IMG/VR virus record: IMGVR_UViG_3300032271_000996
Location: 1-58,117 of that record
DNA length: 58,117 nt
Source: a virus
Taxonomy: Duplodnaviria > Caudoviricetes
Strand: one strand, 5' to 3'
Shown here: in pieces, positions 1 to 9,771 of the stretch
Layout of the letters: every line of letters begins with the position of its first letter
Position numbering within the stretch: position 1 is the stretch's first letter
The notes under the pieces: model-generated
What the model was told of the DNA's origin: nothing
The model's input: only the letters and a program-made list of their open reading frames with translations
Database searches by the model: none
Translations under genes and position numbers: made by a program

Positions 1-993
1 AGCAGTTACTATTCCACCAGAAATATTAACTGAACCTAGAGTTGATGGGCCTGTAACGTTTAATGATGTTACTGAAGAAATTCCACCAATAACGTTTGTT
101 GAAACTCCAGATAATGTTGAATATGTAGAAATACCGGCCAAGCTTGCATAAGTTGAAGTTCCGATTAAGTTTCCATATAATGTACCAACAAAATTTGAAG
201 ATTTAACCTCAGTATTGGTAACATTAAGTGCTCCAACAGCTAAGCGAACACCTGATTGAATTTGATTTGTGCCAATCCCAACTCCATAATTAAAAAGAAA
301 GGCATCGGTATTTAATCCAGCAAAAGTGCCGGATTTAATCCACATTAATTGTTTGTAAGTATCGGGTAATGAATTTATACCAGCAATACTGAAAGAGAAT
401 AGTGGACTTCCAACGGTACTTGCTATTGCAATACCACCGTGATTGGCTGTTAAATCTGTGGATATGTCATTGCCAAAGGCATCGGTTGTTATACCTAAGG
501 TTATATCTTTATCTTTAATTTGTAAAGATTGTGCATTTAATACAACAGATGTTCCACCAACACTTAAATTATTTGAAACGTATAAATCACCTAGAACATT
601 AAAATTGTTTGCTGTATTAAGTCTTGATGCTGGAATGAAACCCGAACTTAAATTGCTGGCATTTGTATAATAATTACTGGGATAACCGTTTAAGTATTCC
701 GCATTTAGATTCTGTACTAAAGTTGAAGAAGCGACAGAAATAGGAGAAGTTCCAGTAGTGACTGTGGAAATAAATCTTCCACTTGTTATAACACCACTTA
801 TTACAAGACCACTTGTTGTGAAATTTGTAAAAGAAAAATCACCCTTTACCTTTAATGTATCGGTCGTTAAATCTGTAGTAGATGTGACACCTAGAACAGA
901 TCTACCAATAACATTTAATACGGTTTTAGATTCCGTATAACTGCTTATACCAATATTTAATTCTAATTCCCTTCCGCTAAGATAATCTGACAT
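1..993 (-). CDS. Putative tail fibre/structural protein, partial (runs off left edge)
   Basis: ATG at 993 (MSDYLSGRELELNIGISS...); frame appears open to position 1 (spot-checked); G/S/T/V-rich GIST/GVST repeats typical of cyanophage fibre proteins; absent from ORF track because it has no stop in the window. Confidence 0.7.
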   Translation of the reverse strand, partial: MSDYLSGRELELNIGISSYTESKTVLNVIGRSVLGVTSTTDLTTDTLKVKGDFSFTNFTTSGLVISGVITSGRFISTVTTGTSPISVASSTLVQNLNAEYLNGYPSNYYTNASNLSSGFIPASRLNTANNFNVLGDLYVSNNLSVGGTSVVLNAQSLQIKDKDITLGITTDAFGNDISTDLTANHGGIAIASTVGSPLFSFSIAGINSLPDTYKQLMWIKSGTFAGLNTDAFLFNYGVGIGTNQIQSGVRLAVGALNVTNTEVKSSNFVGTLYGNLIGTSTYASLAGISTYSTLSGVSTNVIGGISSVTSLNVTGPSTLGSVNISGGIVTA

Positions 994-995
994 TT

Positions 996-1337
996 TTAAT
1001 TTTTAGTGTTCAAGATACTGGCAACTAGTTTCATATCGGTTCCATTATCACCGTAGACTATCAAAGAATCCCCACTCTCAAGTGTAAATTTTCCGTAAAA
1101 TGGTTTAAAGCTATCTTTAGCTGGAACTGGTTTTTGTATATGAATTTCTGTAGTTATAGTGACACCAGAAACAACTCTTTGGTGTGAAATAGATACAACG
1201 TGAGTTGTATTTCCGCTATTGACAATATTACAAAAAAGAGTAACACCAGTATAACCAACAGGGGCAGTATATACTACTTCTGGCGTAGTACCTACAATTT
1301 TAGTAATTGTTTTAAATACATTAAGAGCCAGTGCCAT
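996..1337 (-). CDS. Small beta-rich virion/fibre-associated protein
   Basis: 113-aa ORF in the late gene run, tightly packed with neighbours. Confidence 0.6.
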   Translation of the reverse strand: MALALNVFKTITKIVGTTPEVVYTAPVGYTGVTLFCNIVNSGNTTHVVSISHQRVVSGVTITTEIHIQKPVPAKDSFKPFYGKFTLESGDSLIVYGDNGTDMKLVASILNTKN

Positions 1338-1364
1338 TATATTATATTATCTCCTATATTATTC

Positions 1365-1724
1365 TTATTTATATGCCTTAAATTCAGTAATCTCTGAGTG
1401 AAAAAACTCATTAATTTCTTTCTTGACTTTAGAGCGTAAGTCATTAGCCTTGTAAACGCTCCTTGCTAAATCTACAAATTCTTCAGAAAAATTATTTTCC
1501 TTTTCCATTTCTCTTAGAGCATCTTCTATATCCCATAACATAGAATTAACAGTATAAAGAATTCTAATAAAATTACTTTCTAAAACATTGTGTACTTTTG
1601 CAATCTCGGAAAGTTTTTCTAATTCTTTACCTACATCAGTATTTTTAGTATTCTGATATTTTAGCATCAAAATTGTAATCTTATCTAAAAGTTCACCTAC
1701 TGATACTGGAATTGAAACAATCAT
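1365..1724 (-). CDS. DUF6165-like protein
   Basis: IPVSVGELLDKITIL...LWDIED...ARSVYKANDLRSKVKKEIN matches remembered family pattern. Confidence 0.7.
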   Translation of the reverse strand: MIVSIPVSVGELLDKITILMLKYQNTKNTDVGKELEKLSEIAKVHNVLESNFIRILYTVNSMLWDIEDALREMEKENNFSEEFVDLARSVYKANDLRSKVKKEINEFFHSEITEFKAYK

Positions 1725-1726
1725 AT

Positions 1727-4700
1727 TTAATCTCCACCTAGAGCTAGAATAAAGGGAGTCAGCGTTGAAAATAGACTCTTAGTATATGAAGAACCAGAAA
1801 CTGTACCTGTATTTTGATTTACAATAACACCATCTCCAATTCTAAAATTACCCGATTGATCTGTGCTAGTATAAACTACAAGACCACCATTTTTTGATAC
1901 GGTCTCATTTTCCTGTACTGGCACACCACCTAACCAAGGAAGTGCATTATCAATATAATCTCCCGCTCCTATATATTGGAAAGAATGGCCAGATGCTAGA
2001 ACTCTACTCTGTTTGAAGAAAGGTACTAAAGTTCCTGCCGTTACATTAAACGGCACATTTTCATTAAGAGTTATTCTAAAAATATTATTACCTAGAGGAA
2101 CTGAACGAGATATTGAATAATAAGTTGGCTTTATTTCTGCGGAAAGTCTAGCGGTACTGAAACCAACAGAGGGTGAACCAATAGTGATTTTTGGAACCCT
2201 AGTATAACCACGACCGGAAGATACAATATCAATAGAAGTTATAGAGCCATTTTCAATTGAAGCCACCGCCTGAGCCGCAATTCCCCAAGATGTGTCAGGT
2301 TCTTCAATCGTGATATTGGGAACAAATGTATAACCAGTTCCACCATATCCAACTTGAATTGTATCAATTTCTTTATATAAATCTCCAAAATAAACAACTT
2401 GCCCATCAAAAGGTCTAACTGAATTTGTTGTTACTTGTCCACCAGAATTATAATAATGTCTAAGAGTTGATACTCCCACATTTACAGTAAAAACTGTGCT
2501 GGCAAGAGAAACACTAGGTAGGGAATTTAGATTTCCATTACCCAAATTTGTAGTTAAAATTCCAACCAAATTGTCAATATTTGATAAAACATCTGAACAG
2601 GAAAGAGGACTATTATTGGAGCCGGTTACTGGGTCTGGAGCAAGAGCATAATTTTTTATGTTTAGCTGATTGTTTAGGGCAAGTTTTGAGAAGTTTCTTG
2701 CGGCAATGAATGCTATAATAGATTCATTCATTTCACCAACAAGACCATTAGTAATTAGTGTCCCATTTTGATTAAAGTATGCTTTGGTTGCATTGATTAT
2801 TTCTCTGTTCGTATAATTCTTGAGATCGGAAGCTATTGCATCTACAATATAACCAATATCTCTTGCACATTTATTGGTCGTAGAGATGCCAAGATTAGTT
2901 GAGGGTAATGCTGAAATATTTCCAGAACCAATAGTGGTAGTAATTATGCTCACTAGTGTATTGATGTTACTTTGAACATCCATACAGGAATTTGCATTGC
3001 CAGATTGATCAACGGGAATATTGCTTCCACTTCCTTGATAAGTTGATAAGCCAGAACTAACTGTAAGATTCTTTAAATTTAGTTGATTTGTTACCGCCTT
3101 TTTGGCATAGTCTCTTGCCGCATTAAAAGCAGTAATAGATTCATTTGTTTCACCAATCAAACCATTAGAAATTGGAATACCCGAATTGTCAAAATATTGT
3201 AAAGCAAATCCCTTTGCATAAGCATTGCCACCAGTAAACACGTCTGTTGCTAGTGCATCAACAAGGTATCCAAGGTCTCTGGCACATTTTGTTCCACCAG
3301 TAGAAAATCCACCAACATTTACGGTAGGAAGAGAAGAAGTGTTTCCGGCCCCAATTGTAGTTGTTATTATAGATGTTAAATTATCAATATTGGTTCTTAC
3401 ATTAGAACAAGATAGTGGATTAGTATTTGATAAAGTAACTGGATCTACTGTAAGCGTTAAATCCGAATATGCTGCACCAACAAGAGTATTAGTTATAGCA
3501 CTCTTCATTAAGTTTCTTGCCTGTTGAAAGGCATTGATTGATTGAGTTTCTTCTCCAACTAATCCATTTACTATTGGCACTCCAGCATTATTAAAATACT
3601 GAAGAGCGAATTGTCTTGAGTAGTTATTTCCTCCAGTAAAAACATCAGCAGAAATTGCATCAACAAAGAAACCAATATCTCTTTTACATTTCGCCTGAGT
3701 TGTAGATATTCCAGGATATAAAGCCAGAGTATTTGACCAGGCTGTATCTACAATTACATCCCGGTTTCTTTGAATTAGGCGATAAGAATCGTAGTATCTA
3801 TTTCTATTATTAGGTTGAGCATCACCCGGAAAATAGAAATCTGAATGTGCAATAGCGACTGCTGCAATTGACTTATCAATAATTTCTTGTTTATTGATTT
3901 GAATTAAACGAGATGCATCATAATAGCGATTTTGAACGTAAGGAACTGGGTCGGTTGGAAATCTAAAAAATGATGTAATTCCTACAGCAATCGCTGCAAG
4001 TGACTTATCAACAATTTCTTGTTTGTTTGCAATTATTGAATTAGAGGCATCTAAATATCTACCTGGAGCTACAGTTTTAATCTCAAAAGTATAACCTTTA
4101 TTGCCGCTGGGATATGTTAAAATACCTGCTGTAGTATTGCAAGTAAATCCCAGTCCAGAAATAGTGACGGACATTCCGGGATTAAACCCGTGTGCCTGGT
4201 TTGTATAGATTGTAGTAATACCACTAGTATTATCATAAATTGCATTTGTAACACCAATTGAACCGGCTGAGAGATTGACATCAAATGTGTCATTATCAAC
4301 ACCAGCATTTGTGGCAATAGAACCTGTATATTTTAATGGACTAACTCCATCTGCAATTAACCCATAGGTTCCAAATGATGAGTTTGAGTTTGTAAGGTCA
4401 CAGGCTCCGCCTGAACCACAGTAGATTGCAATATTTGGACATATTGTAAAAATTGAAACTAACTGTGCATATGCACTATTGGTAATAGAAACACCAATGC
4501 CACCTTGATTGTTCTGAGTATATGAGTCTACAACCATACTCTTAAGTGGACCAATGGCCTTATCGCCATCAATCTGTAGTCCAATACTACCTGGAATAAA
4601 GTTAGTACAGTTCCTCACATATGGTGATTTTACAATATTTCTTTGAGTGATGGGGTCAAATGAAAATACAGCCTTTCCCGGCATAGTGCCAACGAAAGAG

Positions 4701-5143
4701 GCATTCTCAAACATATTCCCTGAACCCCAGTAAAATAGGTCTTTATTAGAATTTTGGGGTTGAATGAAAACTTCTCTAAGATTGGTTGCGCTAAAACTTA
4801 CATAATCTGGAATGGTAACTGGATTATCTTCAATATAATACCCTGCTGCAATTTCAATAGATGTGCCAGCCTTAGCAATAGCTGCTGCCCCTTTAATTGT
4901 AGCTTTTGCGTCTCCCGGCTTTAGACCACTATTTGTATCTTTACCATCTTTATTGACATATAAAATATTTGGTACAGATGAACCTACTGATACTCTTACA
5001 ACATCTGAACCTATTCCGGCTCTATCGCGAGTAATATAAAGTTCTGCATCATATGTATTGATGGCAATTTGACCCATATCTAAAGATGTGGGCTTCTTTC
5101 CAGGAATAGAAGAACGCTTAAAGCGAATACGTGGAGCAGCCAT
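1727..5143 (-). CDS. Large structural/adhesin-like protein with beta-helix-like N-region and three helical KCxRDxG repeats
   Basis: 1138 aa; N-terminal RIRFKRSSIPGKKP fibre-type start, LYVNKDGKDTNSG motif, three internal repeats, GSGYT-type repeats near C-terminus. Confidence 0.65.
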   Translation of the reverse strand: MAAPRIRFKRSSIPGKKPTSLDMGQIAINTYDAELYITRDRAGIGSDVVRVSVGSSVPNILYVNKDGKDTNSGLKPGDAKATIKGAAAIAKAGTSIEIAAGYYIEDNPVTIPDYVSFSATNLREVFIQPQNSNKDLFYWGSGNMFENASFVGTMPGKAVFSFDPITQRNIVKSPYVRNCTNFIPGSIGLQIDGDKAIGPLKSMVVDSYTQNNQGGIGVSITNSAYAQLVSIFTICPNIAIYCGSGGACDLTNSNSSFGTYGLIADGVSPLKYTGSIATNAGVDNDTFDVNLSAGSIGVTNAIYDNTSGITTIYTNQAHGFNPGMSVTISGLGFTCNTTAGILTYPSGNKGYTFEIKTVAPGRYLDASNSIIANKQEIVDKSLAAIAVGITSFFRFPTDPVPYVQNRYYDASRLIQINKQEIIDKSIAAVAIAHSDFYFPGDAQPNNRNRYYDSYRLIQRNRDVIVDTAWSNTLALYPGISTTQAKCKRDIGFFVDAISADVFTGGNNYSRQFALQYFNNAGVPIVNGLVGEETQSINAFQQARNLMKSAITNTLVGAAYSDLTLTVDPVTLSNTNPLSCSNVRTNIDNLTSIITTTIGAGNTSSLPTVNVGGFSTGGTKCARDLGYLVDALATDVFTGGNAYAKGFALQYFDNSGIPISNGLIGETNESITAFNAARDYAKKAVTNQLNLKNLTVSSGLSTYQGSGSNIPVDQSGNANSCMDVQSNINTLVSIITTTIGSGNISALPSTNLGISTTNKCARDIGYIVDAIASDLKNYTNREIINATKAYFNQNGTLITNGLVGEMNESIIAFIAARNFSKLALNNQLNIKNYALAPDPVTGSNNSPLSCSDVLSNIDNLVGILTTNLGNGNLNSLPSVSLASTVFTVNVGVSTLRHYYNSGGQVTTNSVRPFDGQVVYFGDLYKEIDTIQVGYGGTGYTFVPNITIEEPDTSWGIAAQAVASIENGSITSIDIVSSGRGYTRVPKITIGSPSVGFSTARLSAEIKPTYYSISRSVPLGNNIFRITLNENVPFNVTAGTLVPFFKQSRVLASGHSFQYIGAGDYIDNALPWLGGVPVQENETVSKNGGLVVYTSTDQSGNFRIGDGVIVNQNTGTVSGSSYTKSLFSTLTPFILALGGD

Positions 5144-5182
5144 TTATATCGTCTTATTGATTATATATTATTTATCGGACTA

Positions 5183-6013
5183 TTAATACTCCCCTTCATC
5201 TATTAATATATTTTGAAGTTGTAAACTGTTATTCAGGCAATCAATTACCGCTTTTGGGCCAGATGTGCAACTATTATTTAGCCATAGGCTATCCATTTCA
5301 ACTGGGGCAAAACTTGTTGCAACTAATTGCGGACTATCATAAAGACTTGGTTGATTTGATTGAGAAAAACTGCTAGCAAATTGGTATCTTTTATTGGAAT
5401 ATTCCCAAATTAGTGCAGTTTTGTTTCTAGTATTATTTTCACTATAATTAAAAACTATACCTAAATCCCAGGTAGTATTTATTACGGTTCCAATTCCACT
5501 ATTGGCATTTCCGATCTCAAGTGTTCGGCCATCAATAGTAAGAGCTGGTGTATTAGAGAAAAGATTTCCCAATACTGTTAGATCTTTATTGACTACTACA
5601 TTTCCCTTAAATTCGGCATCACTTCCGGCAACACCGACTACCGTATTACCAGATGACGAAAGAACACTGTTTCCACCAAGACGTATTTTTCCACTGAAAG
5701 AAGTAATTCCAGTGACAGAACCATTACCAATATAAAAAGAAGTTGGACTGTAAATTAGATGGTCTGGACTAATTTGAATACTACTTCCAATGGATAAATT
5801 ACCAATTGATGGATTGTATGTTAATCCATAATTAGTATAAAGTATTTCCTTTGTTGCTGGGTTATTATTTGAATTAACAAATGTTAAATATAAATTTGCA
5901 TCAGAAGTTGTACTTTGAGTGTAAACCTTATATGCACTATCAACCAGTGGGTCTTGAACTGTGCTGACCCTGTAAATTCCTGGTCCCAATCTTACCTTAG
6001 TTTGATCGCTCAT
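5183..6013 (-). CDS. Putative tail fibre-like protein
   Basis: 276 aa, beta-rich, DLGIVFNY motif and IDEGEY C-terminus as in phage fibre proteins. Confidence 0.55.
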   Translation of the reverse strand: MSDQTKVRLGPGIYRVSTVQDPLVDSAYKVYTQSTTSDANLYLTFVNSNNNPATKEILYTNYGLTYNPSIGNLSIGSSIQISPDHLIYSPTSFYIGNGSVTGITSFSGKIRLGGNSVLSSSGNTVVGVAGSDAEFKGNVVVNKDLTVLGNLFSNTPALTIDGRTLEIGNANSGIGTVINTTWDLGIVFNYSENNTRNKTALIWEYSNKRYQFASSFSQSNQPSLYDSPQLVATSFAPVEMDSLWLNNSCTSGPKAVIDCLNNSLQLQNILIDEGEY

Positions 6014-6342
6014 ATTGATGCTGTATCCTCCACGATTATTGACCCTCTGACTGGTTTAATAGTTTCGTATTGATTAGTGAGAAGAACATCAAAATAGTTT
6101 CTTCCAGCGGATAGTTGTTTTGTTGTTTCTTTATCCATACTGATAGTTACATAACCAGTTTCGCCTAAAACTTCGGCAACGAAAGATTTATATGATTTAG
6201 ACGATGGATACTTTCTTATTTTGGCAACTGCGGTATAATCACTTACATTTAATGGTGTTCCGTCAAATGAATCAATTAAAAAGGATACAGAAAAATCTGC
6301 ACCCTTTTCAATAATAATTGAAGTAATTTCTTGAGTTGCCAT
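6010..6342 (-). CDS. Small virion structural protein
   Basis: 110 aa, IIIEKGADFS...AKIRKYP...GRNYFDVLL pattern common in cyanomyovirus structural genes; ATGA overlap with next gene. Confidence 0.6.
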   Translation of the reverse strand: MATQEITSIIIEKGADFSVSFLIDSFDGTPLNVSDYTAVAKIRKYPSSKSYKSFVAEVLGETGYVTISMDKETTKQLSAGRNYFDVLLTNQYETIKPVRGSIIVEDTASI

Positions 6343-6348
6343 TTTATT

Positions 6349-6615
6349 TTAGTTGGTAAACCCTACTTTATTGGCCTTAATAGCAGAGCTGGTATGAATA
6401 ACATCAGTCGGTAGTTTTTGTAGAAACTCTACATTATACCTGGGGAGTGTTAGGACGTTTGCCGTTCCTGCTCCAACTGAAGTTGAAATACTAACGGTGA
6501 CTTCAGCTCCAGTATCGTTACATATTCTAACACAAGTTGCAGAATTGAGACTGGTTGCAGCCCCGGCACTAGTGGGGGTTGTGATCTGAGTTTCAATTAG
6601 TTTAGTGATTTGCAT
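6349..6615 (-). CDS. Hypothetical virion protein
   Basis: 88-aa ORF downstream of a TATAAATA late promoter. Confidence 0.6.
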   Translation of the reverse strand: MQITKLIETQITTPTSAGAATSLNSATCVRICNDTGAEVTVSISTSVGAGTANVLTLPRYNVEFLQKLPTDVIHTSSAIKANKVGFTN

Positions 6616-6638
6616 TATTATAAATCGTTCTTATGTAT

Positions 6639-6646
6639 TATTTATA
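6639..6646 (-). promoter_or_regulatory. T4-type late promoter TATAAATA
   Basis: Exact consensus, 23 nt upstream of the ATG at 6615. Confidence 0.75.
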
Positions 6647-6698
6647 GTAATAAAAAAGAAGTAGGTGTTTTAGATCTACTTCTTTTTTATTACTATAA
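6642..6698. terminator. Perfect 23-bp inverted repeat, probable bidirectional terminator
   Basis: ttatagtaataaaaaagaagtag (6642-6664) / ctacttcttttttattactataa (6676-6698), with A/T tracts in both arms. Confidence 0.65.
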
Positions 6699-6712
6699 TT
6701 CAAATGAATTTA

Positions 6713-6874
6713 TCATTCATCTTCAGAACCGTTAAACAGGGCAGATGATACTTCTGGTACTAATTCGTCAATCTTATCCAAAGCTTTTCCTGTAAGAATT
6801 TCCTTAATTCTATCACTAATTTGTGACTGAGAATCGTCGGCTGCAATTAAATCAAGTAAATCTTGTTCGTCCAT
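6713..6874 (-). CDS. Prohead core protein gp67-like
   Basis: 53-aa acidic ORF MDEQDLLDLIAADDSQSQISDRIKEIL... directly after gp20 (below ORF-track cutoff). Confidence 0.6.
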   Translation of the reverse strand: MDEQDLLDLIAADDSQSQISDRIKEILTGKALDKIDELVPEVSSALFNGSEDE

Positions 6875-6899
6875 TTTAGTGTATAATAACTAAGTCTAT

Positions 6900-9071
6900 T
6901 TAGATTTCTCCACCCTTGGGCATTTTCGGTTCTTTGAGTTTAATGGTCGGTTCAACCGGAACTTTACCAGATTGACCATTTATGTTATCACCCGCCTGAG
7001 AGGGCGCTACAGGCGCTCCTGTGGCCCCTACAGAGCCTTCTGGTGGCGCCATATTGGGATCTATGGGTAAACCAGTTTGTGGGTCAATTTGAGCATTGGG
7101 GTCAGGAATAACTCCATCATCAATTTCCTTATTGATAAGCTCATCCTGCTCAATAATTTCTTCATCGGTCTGACGAAGAATCTTACGACGAAGATAGTCT
7201 TGAGAGAAATATCTACCAACATAAGGTTCGGCCATTGTTACCATATTCAAACGTTCGGTAAATAGCTCAGATTCCTTAAGTTCAGCAAAATGGTTATCAT
7301 AAAGGAAATCAAACTGAATATGCTCAGCCATTCTTTTCCAATCTTCTGGTGTAACAATATTCTTTAATTGAAGTTGTGTTCCCAGCAAGTCAATAAAAAG
7401 CTGAGAGAATCTCTTGCGTAGTCTTCCAACAAATTTTGTAAACTTAACTTCGTCTCTTAGAATTTCAGTTGACCGCCCTAGATTGAAACCGCTATCTCCA
7501 CCAATTCTAGTTTCTGGAACGTTTAATGACTTATATAGATTTCTTTTAAAATATTCCAAATCCGTTAATTCGCCCAAATTGCTGTTTTTAGTATAAATGC
7601 CACAGGAAAGAGCAAAAGTATGATAGTTATGAATAGTCTCATCGGAATCAATTGTTAGAGTGCCCACTTCAATTTCATCATTTAGATATTCAATATTTGT
7701 GACTGTTATATTTTCATTTTTATGGAGGGGAATCATACTCTGTCCTACAGACAAATCCTTTGCATCAACAAAGCCAATATCATAAATTGGGAATTTGTGG
7801 TCGTAGGTACAAATGATACTTTCTCCATTGTCAAGAGTAATTCTCATAACCTTAGCACTCTTTTGAGTAACCCCCGCCCAAGAAATTAAACCGGGTGCAA
7901 ACTCACCAGTTGTTGGGTGGCAAGAATAAGTCCAAAGTTTCTTACCATCTTTCATTTCAGATTCAATCTCTGAAATTGTTAATTCTCTTCCATCTAGTAG
8001 AGATACCTTTGTATCCATTGCTAGACAGCCCGCAGGTAAGGTATCAACTTCAGTACCTCTACCACCTTCACGTCTAGCAAACCAGTAATCTTCCATAAGA
8101 CTCATAAACTTACGGGAAGTGTCAACTTCGCCTGTAATATTATTATAGTTCATCTTATTACGATACCGCAGCATAACCTCGCGCAGATATTGCTCAGCCT
8201 TGGGCTTTGGCATATTACCAACATCAATGTAGAAAATTCTCTTCTCTGTGCTTCGGCTGAGACGATAAATCACAATACTATCTTCAATCATTCTAAGTTG
8301 ATTGAGAATTTTAATTGCCTTATTGAGATACGAAAGAGTAGTTCCCTTGTTTCGGTCAACAAGACCAGAGGTGCAATATGCGATAGACTCTTTTGTAAAT
8401 CTAATTCCCTTTTCGGCACCGGCTGACATATCACCGGCTCCCACTGGATAGGATTGTTTTGGATTATAAACAAAATATTCTTCTAGTTCTGGAAATACCA
8501 TTTCATTTGGACTTTGGTCTCCATACATTTTGGGACCCATAATATCGCGCTTTTGCTTCTTAGTCTGTCTAACAAAGCGGATTTTCATAGAATCCACATA
8601 CCTAAGATCTTGAATACCGGCGTGTGGGTCTTTGAAATCAATTAGCTTATGATAATGCAATCGTCCATCAATATACCAATTTCTAAAAATTTCGTGACAT
8701 TTATTGTCAAAATCAAGCATCTCAAGAATATACCTAAATTCTCTACGAATAGAATCTTTTATGCCATCACTTGCATTAAGATTTGATAGTTCAATTTCAA
8801 CAGGAGAATCATTAGTATCGGAAACAATTGCCTCATTTACAATATCTTCAATCGCAGTATCAACTTCGTGGTGAAGTGACATCTCACGATACCTCTTAAT
8901 TAGGTCAAATTCAGTCCGGTAGACACCTTCAATATCTACATAAGAGCCAAAAAAGCCAGTAGTCAAATAATGGTCGGAGCCATCTTCATTATTTGGGGGT
9001 ACTGGCGATAGAATATTTTTAGATAATTTCTTAGAATCATCCTCAATAGAAAAACCAAATAATTTAGCCAT
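6900..9071 (-). CDS. g20: Portal vertex protein gp20 (intein-containing)
   Basis: LRMIEDSIVIYRLSR, FYIDVGNMPKPKAEQYL, EDYWFARREGGRGTEV, RDEVKFTKFVGRLR motifs. Confidence 0.97.
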   Translation of the reverse strand: MAKLFGFSIEDDSKKLSKNILSPVPPNNEDGSDHYLTTGFFGSYVDIEGVYRTEFDLIKRYREMSLHHEVDTAIEDIVNEAIVSDTNDSPVEIELSNLNASDGIKDSIRREFRYILEMLDFDNKCHEIFRNWYIDGRLHYHKLIDFKDPHAGIQDLRYVDSMKIRFVRQTKKQKRDIMGPKMYGDQSPNEMVFPELEEYFVYNPKQSYPVGAGDMSAGAEKGIRFTKESIAYCTSGLVDRNKGTTLSYLNKAIKILNQLRMIEDSIVIYRLSRSTEKRIFYIDVGNMPKPKAEQYLREVMLRYRNKMNYNNITGEVDTSRKFMSLMEDYWFARREGGRGTEVDTLPAGCLAMDTKVSLLDGRELTISEIESEMKDGKKLWTYSCHPTTGEFAPGLISWAGVTQKSAKVMRITLDNGESIICTYDHKFPIYDIGFVDAKDLSVGQSMIPLHKNENITVTNIEYLNDEIEVGTLTIDSDETIHNYHTFALSCGIYTKNSNLGELTDLEYFKRNLYKSLNVPETRIGGDSGFNLGRSTEILRDEVKFTKFVGRLRKRFSQLFIDLLGTQLQLKNIVTPEDWKRMAEHIQFDFLYDNHFAELKESELFTERLNMVTMAEPYVGRYFSQDYLRRKILRQTDEEIIEQDELINKEIDDGVIPDPNAQIDPQTGLPIDPNMAPPEGSVGATGAPVAPSQAGDNINGQSGKVPVEPTIKLKEPKMPKGGEI
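7584..8027 (-). mobile_element. Mini-intein (148 aa) in gp20
   Basis: TLPAG|CLAMDTKV...CTYDHKF...GIYTKN|SNLGE: Cys1, block B TxxH, terminal Asn, +1 Ser; no endonuclease domain. Confidence 0.92.
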
Positions 9072-9104
9072 TATTAATTGACAATTTTAACTGAGCTATT
9101 TAGC

Positions 9105-9731
9105 TTAAGAAATCACGCTATTTACTTGGTCTTTTTCGCCCTTGGCATCGCCTGCTGTCCAGTGAGTCATATGAAACTCTACTGTAAAAGTTTGAATTTG
9201 GTCAGTAGAATCCCAGCTCAAATCAATCGGACTAATATTTGAAGGCCAGGCATTATGTAGAACATAAGTGCGAATTGGGTTAAAAGAAGAATTACTTGTT
9301 GCATTTGAAATGGTTGAAGATTCAATACCCGTGTCATAACCCCGACCGAATTGCTTGATGTAAATCTCATTAGCAGTATAAGAAAGTGGTTTGGTTACAC
9401 CAGTTCCAGTTTCCATACGATTGATGGCATTTGACCAAGCCTCAAATGCAGTACGAATTTTGAAATTCTCATCATTAATAATAGTAGCAGTCCAGGGATC
9501 ATAAGTTCTATCACCGGGAACCTTTAGTGACCTACCTCTAAAATTAACATCAACTGGATTGACATTAGATCCTGGAATTGCACCGCTTTTAGCCATAAAG
9601 GTAAAAGTGTCGTTGTCCCAACCTGGAACAATTGTAGGAAAAGCTGGAATACTGAGTTCAAATAAATTAGCTCGGGTGCCACCACCAGCAAGTTTGGCCT
9701 TAAAATCTGTAATCGTTTTTAATGTTGCCAT
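9105..9731 (-). CDS. g19: Tail tube protein gp19
   Basis: FKAKLAGGGTRANLF, FRGRSLKVPGDRTYDPWT; position between gp18 and gp20. Confidence 0.95.
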   Translation of the reverse strand: MATLKTITDFKAKLAGGGTRANLFELSIPAFPTIVPGWDNDTFTFMAKSGAIPGSNVNPVDVNFRGRSLKVPGDRTYDPWTATIINDENFKIRTAFEAWSNAINRMETGTGVTKPLSYTANEIYIKQFGRGYDTGIESSTISNATSNSSFNPIRTYVLHNAWPSNISPIDLSWDSTDQIQTFTVEFHMTHWTAGDAKGEKDQVNSVIS

Positions 9732-9771
9732 TTTAGTTCTTAAACCTCCGTGTTATTGTTGTAAAAATAAA

